This document shows, one piece after another, positions 1 through 8,483 of a stretch of 16,681 nt of DNA (position 1 is the stretch's first letter; each line of letters opens with the position of its first letter). The notes under the pieces are model-generated. The model did no database searches, had not been told where the DNA came from, and was given only the letters and a program-made list of their open reading frames with translations. This stretch comes from Candidatus Krumholzibacteriia bacterium (GTDB taxonomy: Bacteria; Krumholzibacteriota; Krumholzibacteriia; WVZY01). Position numbers and translations under genes: made by a program. Location: positions 1 through 16,681 of the forward strand of contig JBHHVD010000071.1 in NCBI GenBank assembly GCA_046754105.1. The letters run 5' to 3'.

Positions 1-270
1 GGTGAGCATGTCGGCGTCGAGGTCGAGGGCGGATGCCACCGAGCCGCGCACCGTGTTGGGAATGTCGTGGAATTTCAAATCGAGAAAGAGCCGCGCGCCG
101 GCCTCCTTCACCAGCCGGCAGACCCGCGGGCCCTCGCGCGTGAAGAGCACCGGGCCCACCTTGAACCAGCCGGCGTGTGGCGAGAGTGTTTCCACGAGCG
201 CGGCGGCTGCGTCATAGCCGTCGACGTCGAGTGCGACGATCAGCTTCTGGGAGGCGGTCTTCGCGTCCAC
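1..270 (-). CDS. pyrF: Orotidine 5'-phosphate decarboxylase, N-terminal 90 codons (runs off the left edge; not in the ORF track)
   Basis: Manual translation from GTG at 268-270: MDAKTASQKLIVALDV...WFKVGPVLF...LFLDLKFHDIPNTV...DMLT. Contains the OMPDC DxKxxDIPNT signature and starts immediately after the pyrD stop codon. Confidence 0.96.
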   Translation of the reverse strand, partial: MDAKTASQKLIVALDVDGYDAAAALVETLSPHAGWFKVGPVLFTREGPRVCRLVKEAGARLFLDLKFHDIPNTVRGSVASALDLDADMLT

Positions 271-1173
271 TCAGACCGTTCCCCGCCGCATCCACTCGGG
301 GTGACCCTCGAATGCGGACACCACGTTCATGGCCAGCTCCGGGTCGACGAAGAGCGCCGTGCCGACCTGGATCGCCGAGGCGCCGGCGAGGAAGAACTTG
401 CGGGCGTCCTCGACACTGGAGATGCCGCCGATCCCCATGACGGGGATCGAAACCGCCTGCGCCACTTCCCAGACTTTTTGCAGCGCGACGGGCAGGATCC
501 CGGGCCCCGAGTACCCCCCGCTGCCGCGGTCGAAGACGGGCCGTCCCGTGTCGAGATCGAAATCCACGCCGACCACGGTGTTGATGGCGGAAATGCCGTC
601 GGCGCCGCCGGCTTCGGCCGCCCGGGCGACGGCGCCGATGTCGGTCACGTTCGGGGTGATCTTGACCAGTAGCGCCCGCTCGGGCACGCGCGTTTTTACG
701 ATGCTGGTAATTTCTTGCACGAACTCGGGGTTGCGCCCGTGGTCGAGGGCCTCTTCGTCGATATTGGGACAGCTCAGGTTGAGCTCGACGCCGTGATAGC
801 CGTCGAGCGGCGAGAGTCTCTCCGCGATCTCTACGAACTCCTCGGCGCGCTCGGCGGCGATACTGACGATGACGCCCACGCCTCGGTCACGCAGCCGCGG
901 GAGCTTGTCCGTTATATAGTGGTCGAGCCCGACGTTTTCGAGGCCGATGCTGTTGAGGGCGCCGGTGGGCACTTCGTGGATCCGCGGCGGGGGATTGCCG
1001 GCACGCGGCCGCAGCGTAATGGTCTTGGTCACCACCCCCCCCAGCTCCTCGATGCGGACGAGCGGCGAATACTCCTCACCATACCCGCAGATACCGGAGG
1101 CGATGAAGACGGGATTCTTGAAACACACCGGCCCGATGCGCACACTCGTATCGGATGTCGTCTTCTTGCTCAT
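271..1173 (-). CDS. pyrD: Dihydroorotate dehydrogenase class 1B, catalytic subunit
   Basis: Motifs KNPVFIASG, KTIT, NSIGLEN, ELNLSCPN (catalytic Cys), KITPN, INT, GGYSG, GIGGI, GASAIQVGTA; adjacent to pyrK. Confidence 0.96.
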   Translation of the reverse strand: MSKKTTSDTSVRIGPVCFKNPVFIASGICGYGEEYSPLVRIEELGGVVTKTITLRPRAGNPPPRIHEVPTGALNSIGLENVGLDHYITDKLPRLRDRGVGVIVSIAAERAEEFVEIAERLSPLDGYHGVELNLSCPNIDEEALDHGRNPEFVQEITSIVKTRVPERALLVKITPNVTDIGAVARAAEAGGADGISAINTVVGVDFDLDTGRPVFDRGSGGYSGPGILPVALQKVWEVAQAVSIPVMGIGGISSVEDARKFFLAGASAIQVGTALFVDPELAMNVVSAFEGHPEWMRRGTV

Positions 1174-1182
1174 CTCTCAATC

Positions 1183-2001
1183 CTACGCCGTCGGCAGCTG
1201 TTCCCACAGCAGTGTTTCCGCGTCGAACACCGGGCCGTCGCTGCACACCGTGCGGTACGCCGTGCCCCCGTTCTCCCTCACCGGCACCACGCACGAACGG
1301 CACGCGCCCATCGCGCACGCCATCCGGTTCTCCAGCGATACGTAGTGCGGCAGTCCCCGTCGCGCGGCGAATCCGGCGGCCGCCTTCAACATCGGGTTGG
1401 GTCCGCACGAGAAGACGACGTCGGCGGGCGCGCGCTCGATCTCCCGCTCCGCCAGCTCCACCACCGTGCCGGCGTGCCCGTAACTGCCGTCATCCGATGA
1501 GAACGCCACGGCCCTCGTATCCCAGTCGAAGCGGTCGAGAAAGAGGTCTTCGCGGCTCCGCGCCCCGTAGAGCAGCCGGTACGATTCGCAATCCCGCGCC
1601 TCGCGCCGGCGCCCGTAATAGTATAGAGGCGCCAGGCCCACCCCGCCGCCGAGTGCCAGCACACGCCGGCCCGGCATCCTCGGAAACGACCGGCCCAGCG
1701 GGCCGATCAGGTCCAGCTCTGCACCGACGTCGAGGTCGCGTATGACGCGCGTGCCCTCACCCTTCTCCACGATGATCAGCGAGATGGTGTCGTCATTACA
1801 GTCGAGAACGCTGAACGGGCGGCGCAGAAAAAACCGCCCCCCGGCAGGAACCATCACGTGGATGAACGACCCCGGTCCGGGCACCGGCATCGTCTCCGGC
1901 CGTGACAGGGAAAGCAGGTAGTACCGCCGGCTCAGGGGCCGGTTGTCGGCCACCCGCGCGCGGTAATGACCGGCGGGCATGTTGTGTCGTGTGGAATCCA
2001 T
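1183..2001 (-). CDS. pyrK: Dihydroorotate dehydrogenase electron-transfer subunit (FAD, [2Fe-2S])
   Basis: LRRPFS FAD motif, GPLG, GGGVGLAPL, CGPNPM, and Cys motif MACAMGACRSC...VCSDGPVF; GAGGA RBS upstream of the ATG. Confidence 0.95.
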   Translation of the reverse strand: MDSTRHNMPAGHYRARVADNRPLSRRYYLLSLSRPETMPVPGPGSFIHVMVPAGGRFFLRRPFSVLDCNDDTISLIIVEKGEGTRVIRDLDVGAELDLIGPLGRSFPRMPGRRVLALGGGVGLAPLYYYGRRREARDCESYRLLYGARSREDLFLDRFDWDTRAVAFSSDDGSYGHAGTVVELAEREIERAPADVVFSCGPNPMLKAAAGFAARRGLPHYVSLENRMACAMGACRSCVVPVRENGGTAYRTVCSDGPVFDAETLLWEQLPTA

Positions 2002-2052
2002 GACGTCCTCTTCGGCGGTGATGCCCGGGCCTGCGCCCGGCTCATACGCGCC

Positions 2053-2079
2053 TTCCGGCGACCGCGTTCCGGCGACCGC
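2053..2079. repeat. Short tandem duplication TTCCGGCGACCGC x2
   Basis: Exact 13-mers at 2053-2065 and 2067-2079 in the spacer between the TPR gene and pyrK. Confidence 0.7.
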
Positions 2080-2092
2080 ACGACGGCTCGCG

Positions 2093-3541
2093 TTACGGCT
2101 CGCTCTTTTGCGCGCTATCGAGACTGTCCGCCGGCACGGGCGGCCCCTCCACGCCCCGTACGGGCTCCAGTCCCAGGTAGCGGCGGGCGAATTCCGCCTG
2201 CTGCGAGTCGGGATAGCGGGTTACCACAAGCAGGTAGGCCGCTCTTGCCTTTTCCTCGTCTTCGAGCAGCGAGTCGTAAATGTAGGCGATGGCGTACGCC
2301 GCCTTCGGCGCATATTCGCTTTGCGGGTACTGGTCCAGGATCACCTGGTAGTCCACCAGCGCCTTTTCGTGGTCGGCAAACTGAAACAGCTGGACTTCGG
2401 CCAGGTCGAACTGAACGCCCGCCTTGTCCTCGCCCTCGCCCTTGTCGAGCGACGCCTTGAGTTTTTGCAGCTTGGTGATGCTCACGCTGCGGCGAATCGC
2501 TTCTTCCGCGTAGGGCGACTTGCTGTACTGCCTCGGTACCTGATCGAACCTGGCCTTGGCCACGTCGAGGCTGTCGAGCTTTTCCTGGTACAACACGCCG
2601 AGCCGGTACGACGCCTCCGCACTGAAAATCGAGCGCTTGTACCTCGCCGTCACCGTCTCGAACATGGCGATCGCCGCCGGCAGCGAGTCCACGCCCGAGA
2701 GCGCCTGGGCCTTGAACACCAACTGTGACGCGAGGGCCAGGTCGTCCACGTCGTACTTCTCCAGCTGCCGGAAGGTCCTCAGCGCGGCCTTGTAGCGGCC
2801 GATCTTCACCTGCGCCTCGGAGAGCCGGGTCAGGAAACGGATCCGGTTCGGGGTGGAGAGCTTGACACCGGCGAGGTTGCGAAAAACGGTGAGGCTCTTC
2901 TCGTAGTCGCCCCGCTCGAGATAGAGGCTTGCGATCTCGAGGTCTGCGTCGAGACGATACGTGCTGTTCGGATGGTCGGCGGCGAGGATCTCCAGGTACT
3001 GCAGCGCTTCGGGTTCGCGGTCGATGCGGACCAGGCTGGTCCCGAGCAAAAACAGTATCTCGTCGGCGTATTTTGTTTTGGGGTTGCGCTTGAACACACG
3101 CTCGAGGGCTGGCACCGCCCGCGCGGGGTCGTCCTTGGCCACGTATATCTTGCCCTGGAAGAGCTGCGCCTCGTCGATCAGTTTGCTCTCGGGAAAGTCG
3201 GCCTGCAGTTCATCGAGGCGGGCGATGGCTTCGTCGTAGTCCGACTTGCGGTAATACGCCTTGCCCATTAGCAGGATCGCGTCGTCCACCCATTTGCTAT
3301 CCGGGTAGTTGGCGATCAAGGCCTCGCATTTCTCGATCACTTCGTCGTAGGCGCTGTGGGCCGCGCGATTGACCGAACCGTCGGGTGCGCGCGGCGTCTC
3401 CTCCGCGGAGCGGTAGGCTTTGCGTGCGTTGTAGAACGTATTGAAAAAGGCGCAGCCGGTGCCAAGCGTCACTACGGCAGCCGCAAGGACGAACCCGGCG
3501 CCCCGAGCGCGCCGGTCGAGTATTCGCTGTACCCTCCGCAT
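2093..3541 (-). CDS. Tetratricopeptide-repeat lipoprotein (BamD/CpoB-like repeats)
   Basis: Basic N-terminus, hydrophobic stretch and lipobox-like LGTG-C; repeated TPR ends YPDSKWVDDA, FPESKLIDEA, HPNSTYRLDA, YSKSPYAEEA, YPQSEYAPKA, YPDSQQAEFA. Confidence 0.88.
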   Translation of the reverse strand: MRRVQRILDRRARGAGFVLAAAVVTLGTGCAFFNTFYNARKAYRSAEETPRAPDGSVNRAAHSAYDEVIEKCEALIANYPDSKWVDDAILLMGKAYYRKSDYDEAIARLDELQADFPESKLIDEAQLFQGKIYVAKDDPARAVPALERVFKRNPKTKYADEILFLLGTSLVRIDREPEALQYLEILAADHPNSTYRLDADLEIASLYLERGDYEKSLTVFRNLAGVKLSTPNRIRFLTRLSEAQVKIGRYKAALRTFRQLEKYDVDDLALASQLVFKAQALSGVDSLPAAIAMFETVTARYKRSIFSAEASYRLGVLYQEKLDSLDVAKARFDQVPRQYSKSPYAEEAIRRSVSITKLQKLKASLDKGEGEDKAGVQFDLAEVQLFQFADHEKALVDYQVILDQYPQSEYAPKAAYAIAYIYDSLLEDEEKARAAYLLVVTRYPDSQQAEFARRYLGLEPVRGVEGPPVPADSLDSAQKSEP

Positions 3542-3551
3542 CGTCTCCCGC

Positions 3552-4871
3552 TTACACCTGCTGAAAGGCCGCCGTGACCAGCCGGCCGTCGACGAACGTG
3601 TGTTTCACCCTCCCGGTCAGCGTGCGGCCGACAAAGGGCGAGTTGGTCGATCGGGAGTGCAAGTCACCCTCCCGCACCAGCCATTCCTCGTCCGGGTCGA
3701 ACAGGGTCAGATCCGCCGCCTGGCCGACCGCCAGCGTACCACACGCGATCCCCAGCACGCGCGCCGGACGGTCGGTGATCAGCGAGAGCGCGCCTGCGAG
3801 ATCGAAGTGGCCCGGCTTGACCAGGTGGGTCATGAGGACGGAGAACGTGGTCTCGAGGCCGACCGCGCCCGGCGGCGCGTTTTCGAACTCCACCTGCTTC
3901 TCGTGCGCCGCGTGCGGCGCGTGGTCGGAAGCGACGCAATCGATCGTGCCGTCCTTCAGCGCCTCGATCAGCGCCTCCCGGTCCTCGGCGCCCCGAATCG
4001 GTGGGTTGATCTTGAGCCGCGTGTCGTAGGATTCCAGGTCCTTGTCCTCGAAGCACAGGTAGTGCGGCGCCGTCTCGGCCGTCACCGGCAAACCCCTCTG
4101 CTTGGCGTTCCGGATGAGCTGCGCCGAGCCCCGTGTTGACAGGTGCGCGGCGTGGAACCGCGAGCGCACGCTCTCCAGCACCAGCAGGTCGCGTGCGAGG
4201 CATATCTCCTCGCTGTGGGACGGGATCCCGCGCAGGCCCAGCTTGGTCGAGTAGTACCCCTCGTGCATTACCCCACCCGCGCTGGCCGAGCGATCTTCGC
4301 AGTGCTCGATAAAAGGAATGTTGAAGTTGGCACAGTACTCGAGAACACTTCGCACCATGCGCGCGTTGGCCACCGGGTCGCCGTCGTCGCTGACCGCCAC
4401 CGCCCCCGCGTCGACCAGCGAGTGAAACTCGGTGAGCCTCTCTCCCTTGCGGCCTACCGTCGCCGCCGCGATCGGATACACCTTGGCGAAACCGGCGATC
4501 GCTGCTTTCTTGAGAATGAATTCGACGACGCTGTTGTCGTCGATCGCCGGGTCGGTATTGGGCATGCATGCCACCGAGGTGAAGCCGCCCGCGGCCGCGG
4601 CCCGCGTCCCGGTGAGGATCGTCTCCTTGTACTCGTACCCGGGTTCGCGCAGGTGGACGTGGATATCCACAAACCCCGGCGCCAGGTGGAGCCCGCCACC
4701 GTCGTAGCCGGTCATCGAGGCGATCTGCGGATCGCCCGGCTCGACAAACGCGATCTTCCCCTGTCGTACGCCGACGTGACCGCGGCGTGCCTTTTTCTTT
4801 TCCGGGTCGACAACGATGACGTTGTGGATTACGTATTCCGATTCTTCATTCCAGTTTGTCAGGTCCGGCAT
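3552..4871 (-). CDS. pyrC: Dihydroorotase (long type I, apparently active)
   Basis: DIHVHLREPG, AAAAGGFT, MPNT, EHCED, HLST, KINPP and ASDHAPH; metal and substrate ligands present. Confidence 0.96.
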   Translation of the reverse strand: MPDLTNWNEESEYVIHNVIVVDPEKKKARRGHVGVRQGKIAFVEPGDPQIASMTGYDGGGLHLAPGFVDIHVHLREPGYEYKETILTGTRAAAAGGFTSVACMPNTDPAIDDNSVVEFILKKAAIAGFAKVYPIAAATVGRKGERLTEFHSLVDAGAVAVSDDGDPVANARMVRSVLEYCANFNIPFIEHCEDRSASAGGVMHEGYYSTKLGLRGIPSHSEEICLARDLLVLESVRSRFHAAHLSTRGSAQLIRNAKQRGLPVTAETAPHYLCFEDKDLESYDTRLKINPPIRGAEDREALIEALKDGTIDCVASDHAPHAAHEKQVEFENAPPGAVGLETTFSVLMTHLVKPGHFDLAGALSLITDRPARVLGIACGTLAVGQAADLTLFDPDEEWLVREGDLHSRSTNSPFVGRTLTGRVKHTFVDGRLVTAAFQQV

Positions 4872-4898
4872 CGTTTTCCCTTAACGGTGTGTGTCTCG

Positions 4899-5882
4899 CT
4901 ATCCAACCTTTGATTGAGCCTGGGGCATGTCCGCCTCTTCGTCGCTGACCGCGGGCTGGCGCTGCGCGCCCTCGAGGATAAGGTACAGCACCGCCATGCG
5001 CACCGCCACGCCGTTGGTGACCTGCTGCAGGATCACGGCACGGTCGCTGTCGGCGACTTCCTGGCTGATCTCGACACCGCGGTTGATCGGCCCGGGGTGC
5101 ATGATGAACGCTTCGGGTTTCATGCGGGCCACGACGCCGCGGTCGATCCCGTAGACCTCCGCGTACTCGGCCACGCTTGGGAAGAGGCTTACCTTTTGAC
5201 GCTCGAGCTGGATCCGCAGCACGTTCACCGCGTCTGCGTCTTCGACCGCTCGCCGCAAGTCGTGCTCCACCTCGACACCGAGGCCGGCGATTCCCGGCGG
5301 CATCATGGTCGGCGGCCCGCACAGGGTGACGTGCGCGCCGAGCGTGACGAGCCCGAAGATGTTCGATCGGGCCACGCGGCTGTGCGTGACGTCGCCGACG
5401 ATCACGATCTTCTTGCCCGCAACGTCACCGAGTTTCTCGCGCAGCGTGAAGATGTCCAGCAGTCCCTGAGTGGGATGCTCGTGCGCGCCGTCGCCCGCGT
5501 TGACGACCGACGCATCGAGCAGGCCTGCCAGGAAATGTGGCGCGCCCGCCGCGCTATGGCGGATGACGATGAGATCGATTTTCATCGCCTGCAGGTTTTC
5601 CGCCGTGTCCCGCAGGGTTTCCCCCTTGACGACGCTGCTCGACATTCTGGAAATGTTTACGGTATCGGCGCTGAGCCTTTTTTCGGCGAGCTCGAAACTG
5701 GCGCGGGTGCGCGTGCTGGGTTCGAAGAAGAGGTTGACGACGGTCTTGCCTCGCAGGGCGGGCACCTTTTTGACGGGCCGCTCGGAAATCTCCTTGAACG
5801 ACGCCGCCGAGTCGAGAATCAGGTTGATCGCATCGGCGCTCATGCCTTCGAGACCCAGAAGATCTTTTCTGTCGAGATTCAT
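4899..5882 (-). CDS. pyrB: Aspartate carbamoyltransferase catalytic subunit
   Basis: [53 protein letters not shown]. Start set at ATG 5880-5882 (MNLDRK), overlapping the pyrR stop as ATGA. Confidence 0.97.
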   Translation of the reverse strand: MNLDRKDLLGLEGMSADAINLILDSAASFKEISERPVKKVPALRGKTVVNLFFEPSTRTRASFELAEKRLSADTVNISRMSSSVVKGETLRDTAENLQAMKIDLIVIRHSAAGAPHFLAGLLDASVVNAGDGAHEHPTQGLLDIFTLREKLGDVAGKKIVIVGDVTHSRVARSNIFGLVTLGAHVTLCGPPTMMPPGIAGLGVEVEHDLRRAVEDADAVNVLRIQLERQKVSLFPSVAEYAEVYGIDRGVVARMKPEAFIMHPGPINRGVEISQEVADSDRAVILQQVTNGVAVRMAVLYLILEGAQRQPAVSDEEADMPQAQSKVG

Positions 5883-6427
5883 GAAACTTTCTCCCCGAGG
5901 ATTACCTCGTCGCAATTGTCCAGCTCGGTCAGGTGTACCTCTACCATTTCCGATTCGGAGGTCGGCACGTTTTTGCCAACGTAGTCCGCTTTGATGGGAA
6001 ACTCGCGGTGGCCGCGATCGACCAGGACGGCGAGCTGTATCTGTTTTGGGCGGCCGAAATCGATCAGCTCGTCGAGCGCGGCGCGCACGGTGCGGCCCGT
6101 GTAGAGAACGTCGTCGACCAGCACCACCACCTTGTCGTGGATGTCCTCTTGGATCTCCGTCGTGCCCACGACGGGGTTGCTGGTCTTTACCTGGAAATCA
6201 TCGCGGTAGAGTGTGATGTCGAGCGCGCCGACGGGAACCTTCTGATCCTCGATGCTCTCGAGGTACTCGGCGATGCGCTGGGCCAGGTACACGCCCCTGC
6301 GGCGTATGCCCACGACGATGATGTGGTTCACACCGAGGTTGCGCTCGACGATCTCGTGCGCGACCCGCTTGACGGCGCGGCGCACCTGGTCGGCGTCCAT
6401 GATCGTGGACTTGGTTCTAAACCCCAA
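5879..6427 (-). CDS. pyrR: Bifunctional pyrimidine attenuation regulator / uracil phosphoribosyltransferase
   Basis: [26 protein letters not shown] (PRPP loop), [21 protein letters not shown] start with GGAAGGAAG upstream. Confidence 0.97.
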   Translation of the reverse strand: MGFRTKSTIMDADQVRRAVKRVAHEIVERNLGVNHIIVVGIRRRGVYLAQRIAEYLESIEDQKVPVGALDITLYRDDFQVKTSNPVVGTTEIQEDIHDKVVVLVDDVLYTGRTVRAALDELIDFGRPKQIQLAVLVDRGHREFPIKADYVGKNVPTSESEMVEVHLTELDNCDEVILGEKVS

Positions 6428-6478
6428 CTTCTTCCTTCCGGAGAGGGGTATACGGCTGGCGGGAGCACGGCGGAGGGC

Positions 6479-6510
6479 AAAAAAATCCCCCCGGGGTGTG
6501 CAGGCGGGGG
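6479..6510 (-). terminator. Attenuator terminator of the pyr leader
   Basis: Minus strand CCCCCG-11 nt loop-CGGGGG followed by GA and TTTTTTT, between the PyrR-binding loop and the pyrR start. Confidence 0.75.
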
Positions 6511-6532
6511 TGAGCGCTTTTCATGTTCGCTG

Positions 6533-6565
6533 CCCTTTCCTGGCCTCCCGGACCAGATTAAAAGG
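6533..6565 (-). ncRNA. PyrR-binding loop (cis-regulatory leader RNA)
   Basis: Minus strand CCUUUUAAUCUGGUCCGGGAGGCCAGGAAAGGG matches the PyrR element consensus CUUUAA...RGUCCnGnGAGGCY...AAGG, with pairing CUGG/CCAG and CCUUU/AAAGG. Confidence 0.92.
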
Positions 6566-6580
6566 AAACACTTTCAATAC

Positions 6581-6609
6581 ATACTACGCGCGAAACCCGG
6601 CCGGGGCAA
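6581..6609 (-). promoter_or_regulatory. Putative sigma70 promoter of the pyr operon
   Basis: TTGCCC (6609-6604), 17 nt, TAGTAT (6586-6581); predicted start lies about 10 nt upstream of the PyrR loop. Confidence 0.7.
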
Positions 6610-6678
6610 GGTCTTTTTTGGGCTGCGTGCGGGGCGGGGTCTTTTTCTTGGCGTCCTGCGGGGGCGGGGCCTTTTCAT
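6602..6678. repeat. Three imperfect ~29-bp direct repeats (GGGGCRRGGYCTTTT core)
   Basis: GGGGCAAGGTCTTTTTT (6603), GGGGCGGGGTCTTTTTC (6631), GGGGCGGGGCCTTTTC (6661), between two divergent promoters. Confidence 0.65.
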
Positions 6679-6729
6679 CGCTTCCCCCCGGGGCTCGGGC
6701 AGGCGCCGGGAGCGAAGCGTTCGAAGGGT

Positions 6730-6758
6730 TTGACCGCCGTCCGGATTTCCTCTATGCT
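6730..6758 (+). promoter_or_regulatory. Putative sigma70 promoter of the aminopeptidase unit
   Basis: TTGACC (6730-6735), 17 nt, TATGCT (6753-6758); AAAGGAG RBS before ATG 6876. Confidence 0.65.
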
Positions 6759-6875
6759 CCCTGTGCCAGGGTATAATTGGTATTTACGCGCATTACCCGC
6801 CGCCCGACACCCCCCTCTGCCGACCGCCGGCGGACCCAGCCCACATCGCCGACCGGCGCGTAGTAAAGGAGCCAA

Positions 6876-7838
6876 ATGGTTACCGACCAGAAGATCACAC
6901 GTGCCGCCAGGACGGCCCTCACCCAGTGTCTGGGCGTCGAGGCCGGAGAGAAGCTGCTGATCGTCTCCAACCCGGAGCTGCAGCGAATTGGCGAGGCCCT
7001 ATACACGGAGGGTGTCAAGCTGGGGGCCGAGGCCGCCCTGCTCTACTATCCCAAGGGCACGCTCAACGGCGAAGAGCCGCCGCCCCTGATCGCGGGCGCG
7101 ATGTCCAAGTCCGACGTGGTCGTCGCCCCGACGGTGGCCAGCATCACCCACACCACGGCGCGGCGCAAGGCGTGCCGCGCGGGCGCCCGCGTGGCGACCA
7201 TGCCCGGCATCACCGAGGAGTTCTTCGTGCGGGGCTTGAGCGCCGACTACGACGACTTGATCCGGCTTACCGACCAGGTCTATCAGCGGCTCGACGCCGC
7301 GCGCGTGGCGCACGTCACCTCTCCGTCCGGATGCAACCTGGTCCTGGACATTCGCAACCACGCCAAGGTCAGCGACGGCAACCTCAAGGTCAAGGGCTCG
7401 TTCTCGAACCTCCCAACCGGCGAGGCCGAGCTGGCGCCGCGAACGGCCCGCGGCACCCTCGTCGCCGACTTGTGCGGCGAGTACATCACCGAGCCGACGG
7501 AGTTGGTGATCGACAAGGGCTACATCGTAAAATACCAGGGCAACCCCTCCGGCCGCCGCTTCCGTCGTCTCGTCGAGCGGAGCGTGGCAATCGATGGCAA
7601 CAACAACGCCTCGTTCATCGCCGAGTTCGCCATCGGCACCAACAAGAAGGCGAAACTGACCGGCGTCGTCCTCGAGGACGAAAAAGTCTATGGCACCTGC
7701 CACGTGGCATTCGGGGACAATACGAGCTATCCCGGGGGCAAGAATCCCAGTACCCTGCACATGGACGTCGTCGTCAAGAAACCGACCATCGCGCTCGACG
7801 GGCGCACGATCATGAAGAACGGCAAGCTGACCCTGTAA
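6876..7838 (+). CDS. M29/AmpS (aminopeptidase T-like) metallo-aminopeptidase
   Basis: NLPTGE, IAEFAIGTN, LEDEKVYGTCHVAFGDN, LHMD metal-binding motifs; N-terminal EEPP...SITHT.AR...GARVATMPG; strong RBS. Confidence 0.85.
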   Translation: MVTDQKITRAARTALTQCLGVEAGEKLLIVSNPELQRIGEALYTEGVKLGAEAALLYYPKGTLNGEEPPPLIAGAMSKSDVVVAPTVASITHTTARRKACRAGARVATMPGITEEFFVRGLSADYDDLIRLTDQVYQRLDAARVAHVTSPSGCNLVLDIRNHAKVSDGNLKVKGSFSNLPTGEAELAPRTARGTLVADLCGEYITEPTELVIDKGYIVKYQGNPSGRRFRRLVERSVAIDGNNNASFIAEFAIGTNKKAKLTGVVLEDEKVYGTCHVAFGDNTSYPGGKNPSTLHMDVVVKKPTIALDGRTIMKNGKLTL

Positions 7839-7842
7839 TACC

Positions 7843-8397
7843 GTGACGCGCTCCCCGCAACTCGCGCTGGACTTCGCGCCGGCGGGCCCGCAAGGCGCCG
7901 GCGGCTTCACCCCCACGCGACCGCTCGCGAAACACCGCTACTGCAACGGCCTGCTTCGAAAACTCCACTATGTGAGACGGTTCTTTCCGGAATTCGGAGA
8001 CAGGACGCTGCGCGTCGGTTTGACCCGCGCGGCCAGCGGCATGGCGGTGGCGGGCGGGAACGAAGTGTGGTTCAACCCGGCACAGGCCTCCCTGCACACG
8101 ATCGCGCACGAGTTCGTCCACCTGCTGCAGGGCGCCGCCGGCGTGCCGGCGGGGGAACGCGCCTGCGATCTGTTCTCGCTCGCGCGGGACTGGACGCTCA
8201 ACGACAGCGTGCCGTGTTACGTCCGGGTGCCGGCACAATTTCAGGATATGTGGGGAAATATCGCTCCGCGCAACGCGCAGCTGATCTGCGATGTGGCTCG
8301 ACGTGCGGTCGAGCTGAGGGGCGCGGGCCTCAGGACCTACGTGGCGCATTTCGAGAAAACCCTCTGCGACCTTGCTCTGGATCCGGGCGGCGTTTGA
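7843..8397 (+). CDS. Hypothetical protein with HEXXH zincin-like motif
   Basis: TIAHEFVHLLQG followed by GERACD (candidate third ligand Glu); begins 4 nt after the aminopeptidase stop. Start codon uncertain. Confidence 0.7.
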   Translation: MTRSPQLALDFAPAGPQGAGGFTPTRPLAKHRYCNGLLRKLHYVRRFFPEFGDRTLRVGLTRAASGMAVAGGNEVWFNPAQASLHTIAHEFVHLLQGAAGVPAGERACDLFSLARDWTLNDSVPCYVRVPAQFQDMWGNIAPRNAQLICDVARRAVELRGAGLRTYVAHFEKTLCDLALDPGGV

Positions 8398-8483
8398 CTC
8401 GCCGGCACGCGAGGATTGTTTGAGCCGGAGTGCCCCCGTCCGTACGCGGCCGACTCAGCACGAGGCGCCGTTCGGGACGGCGT

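Noticed and set aside
5883..5915. Longer pyrB start from the ORF track
   Set aside because: Would overlap pyrR by 37 nt; the ATG at 5882 gives a standard ATGA coupling and a typical N-terminus.
6772..6777. Perfect TATAAT upstream of the aminopeptidase
   Set aside because: No -35 box at 16-18 nt and no TG extension; the TTGACC/TATGCT pair is better supported, though a second activator-dependent promoter cannot be excluded.
8398..8483. Terminators between the convergent HEXXH and Sm-like genes
   Set aside because: Hairpins exist (CTCGC-N6-GCGAG; CGCCGT-N5-ACGGCG) but lack convincing U-tracts.
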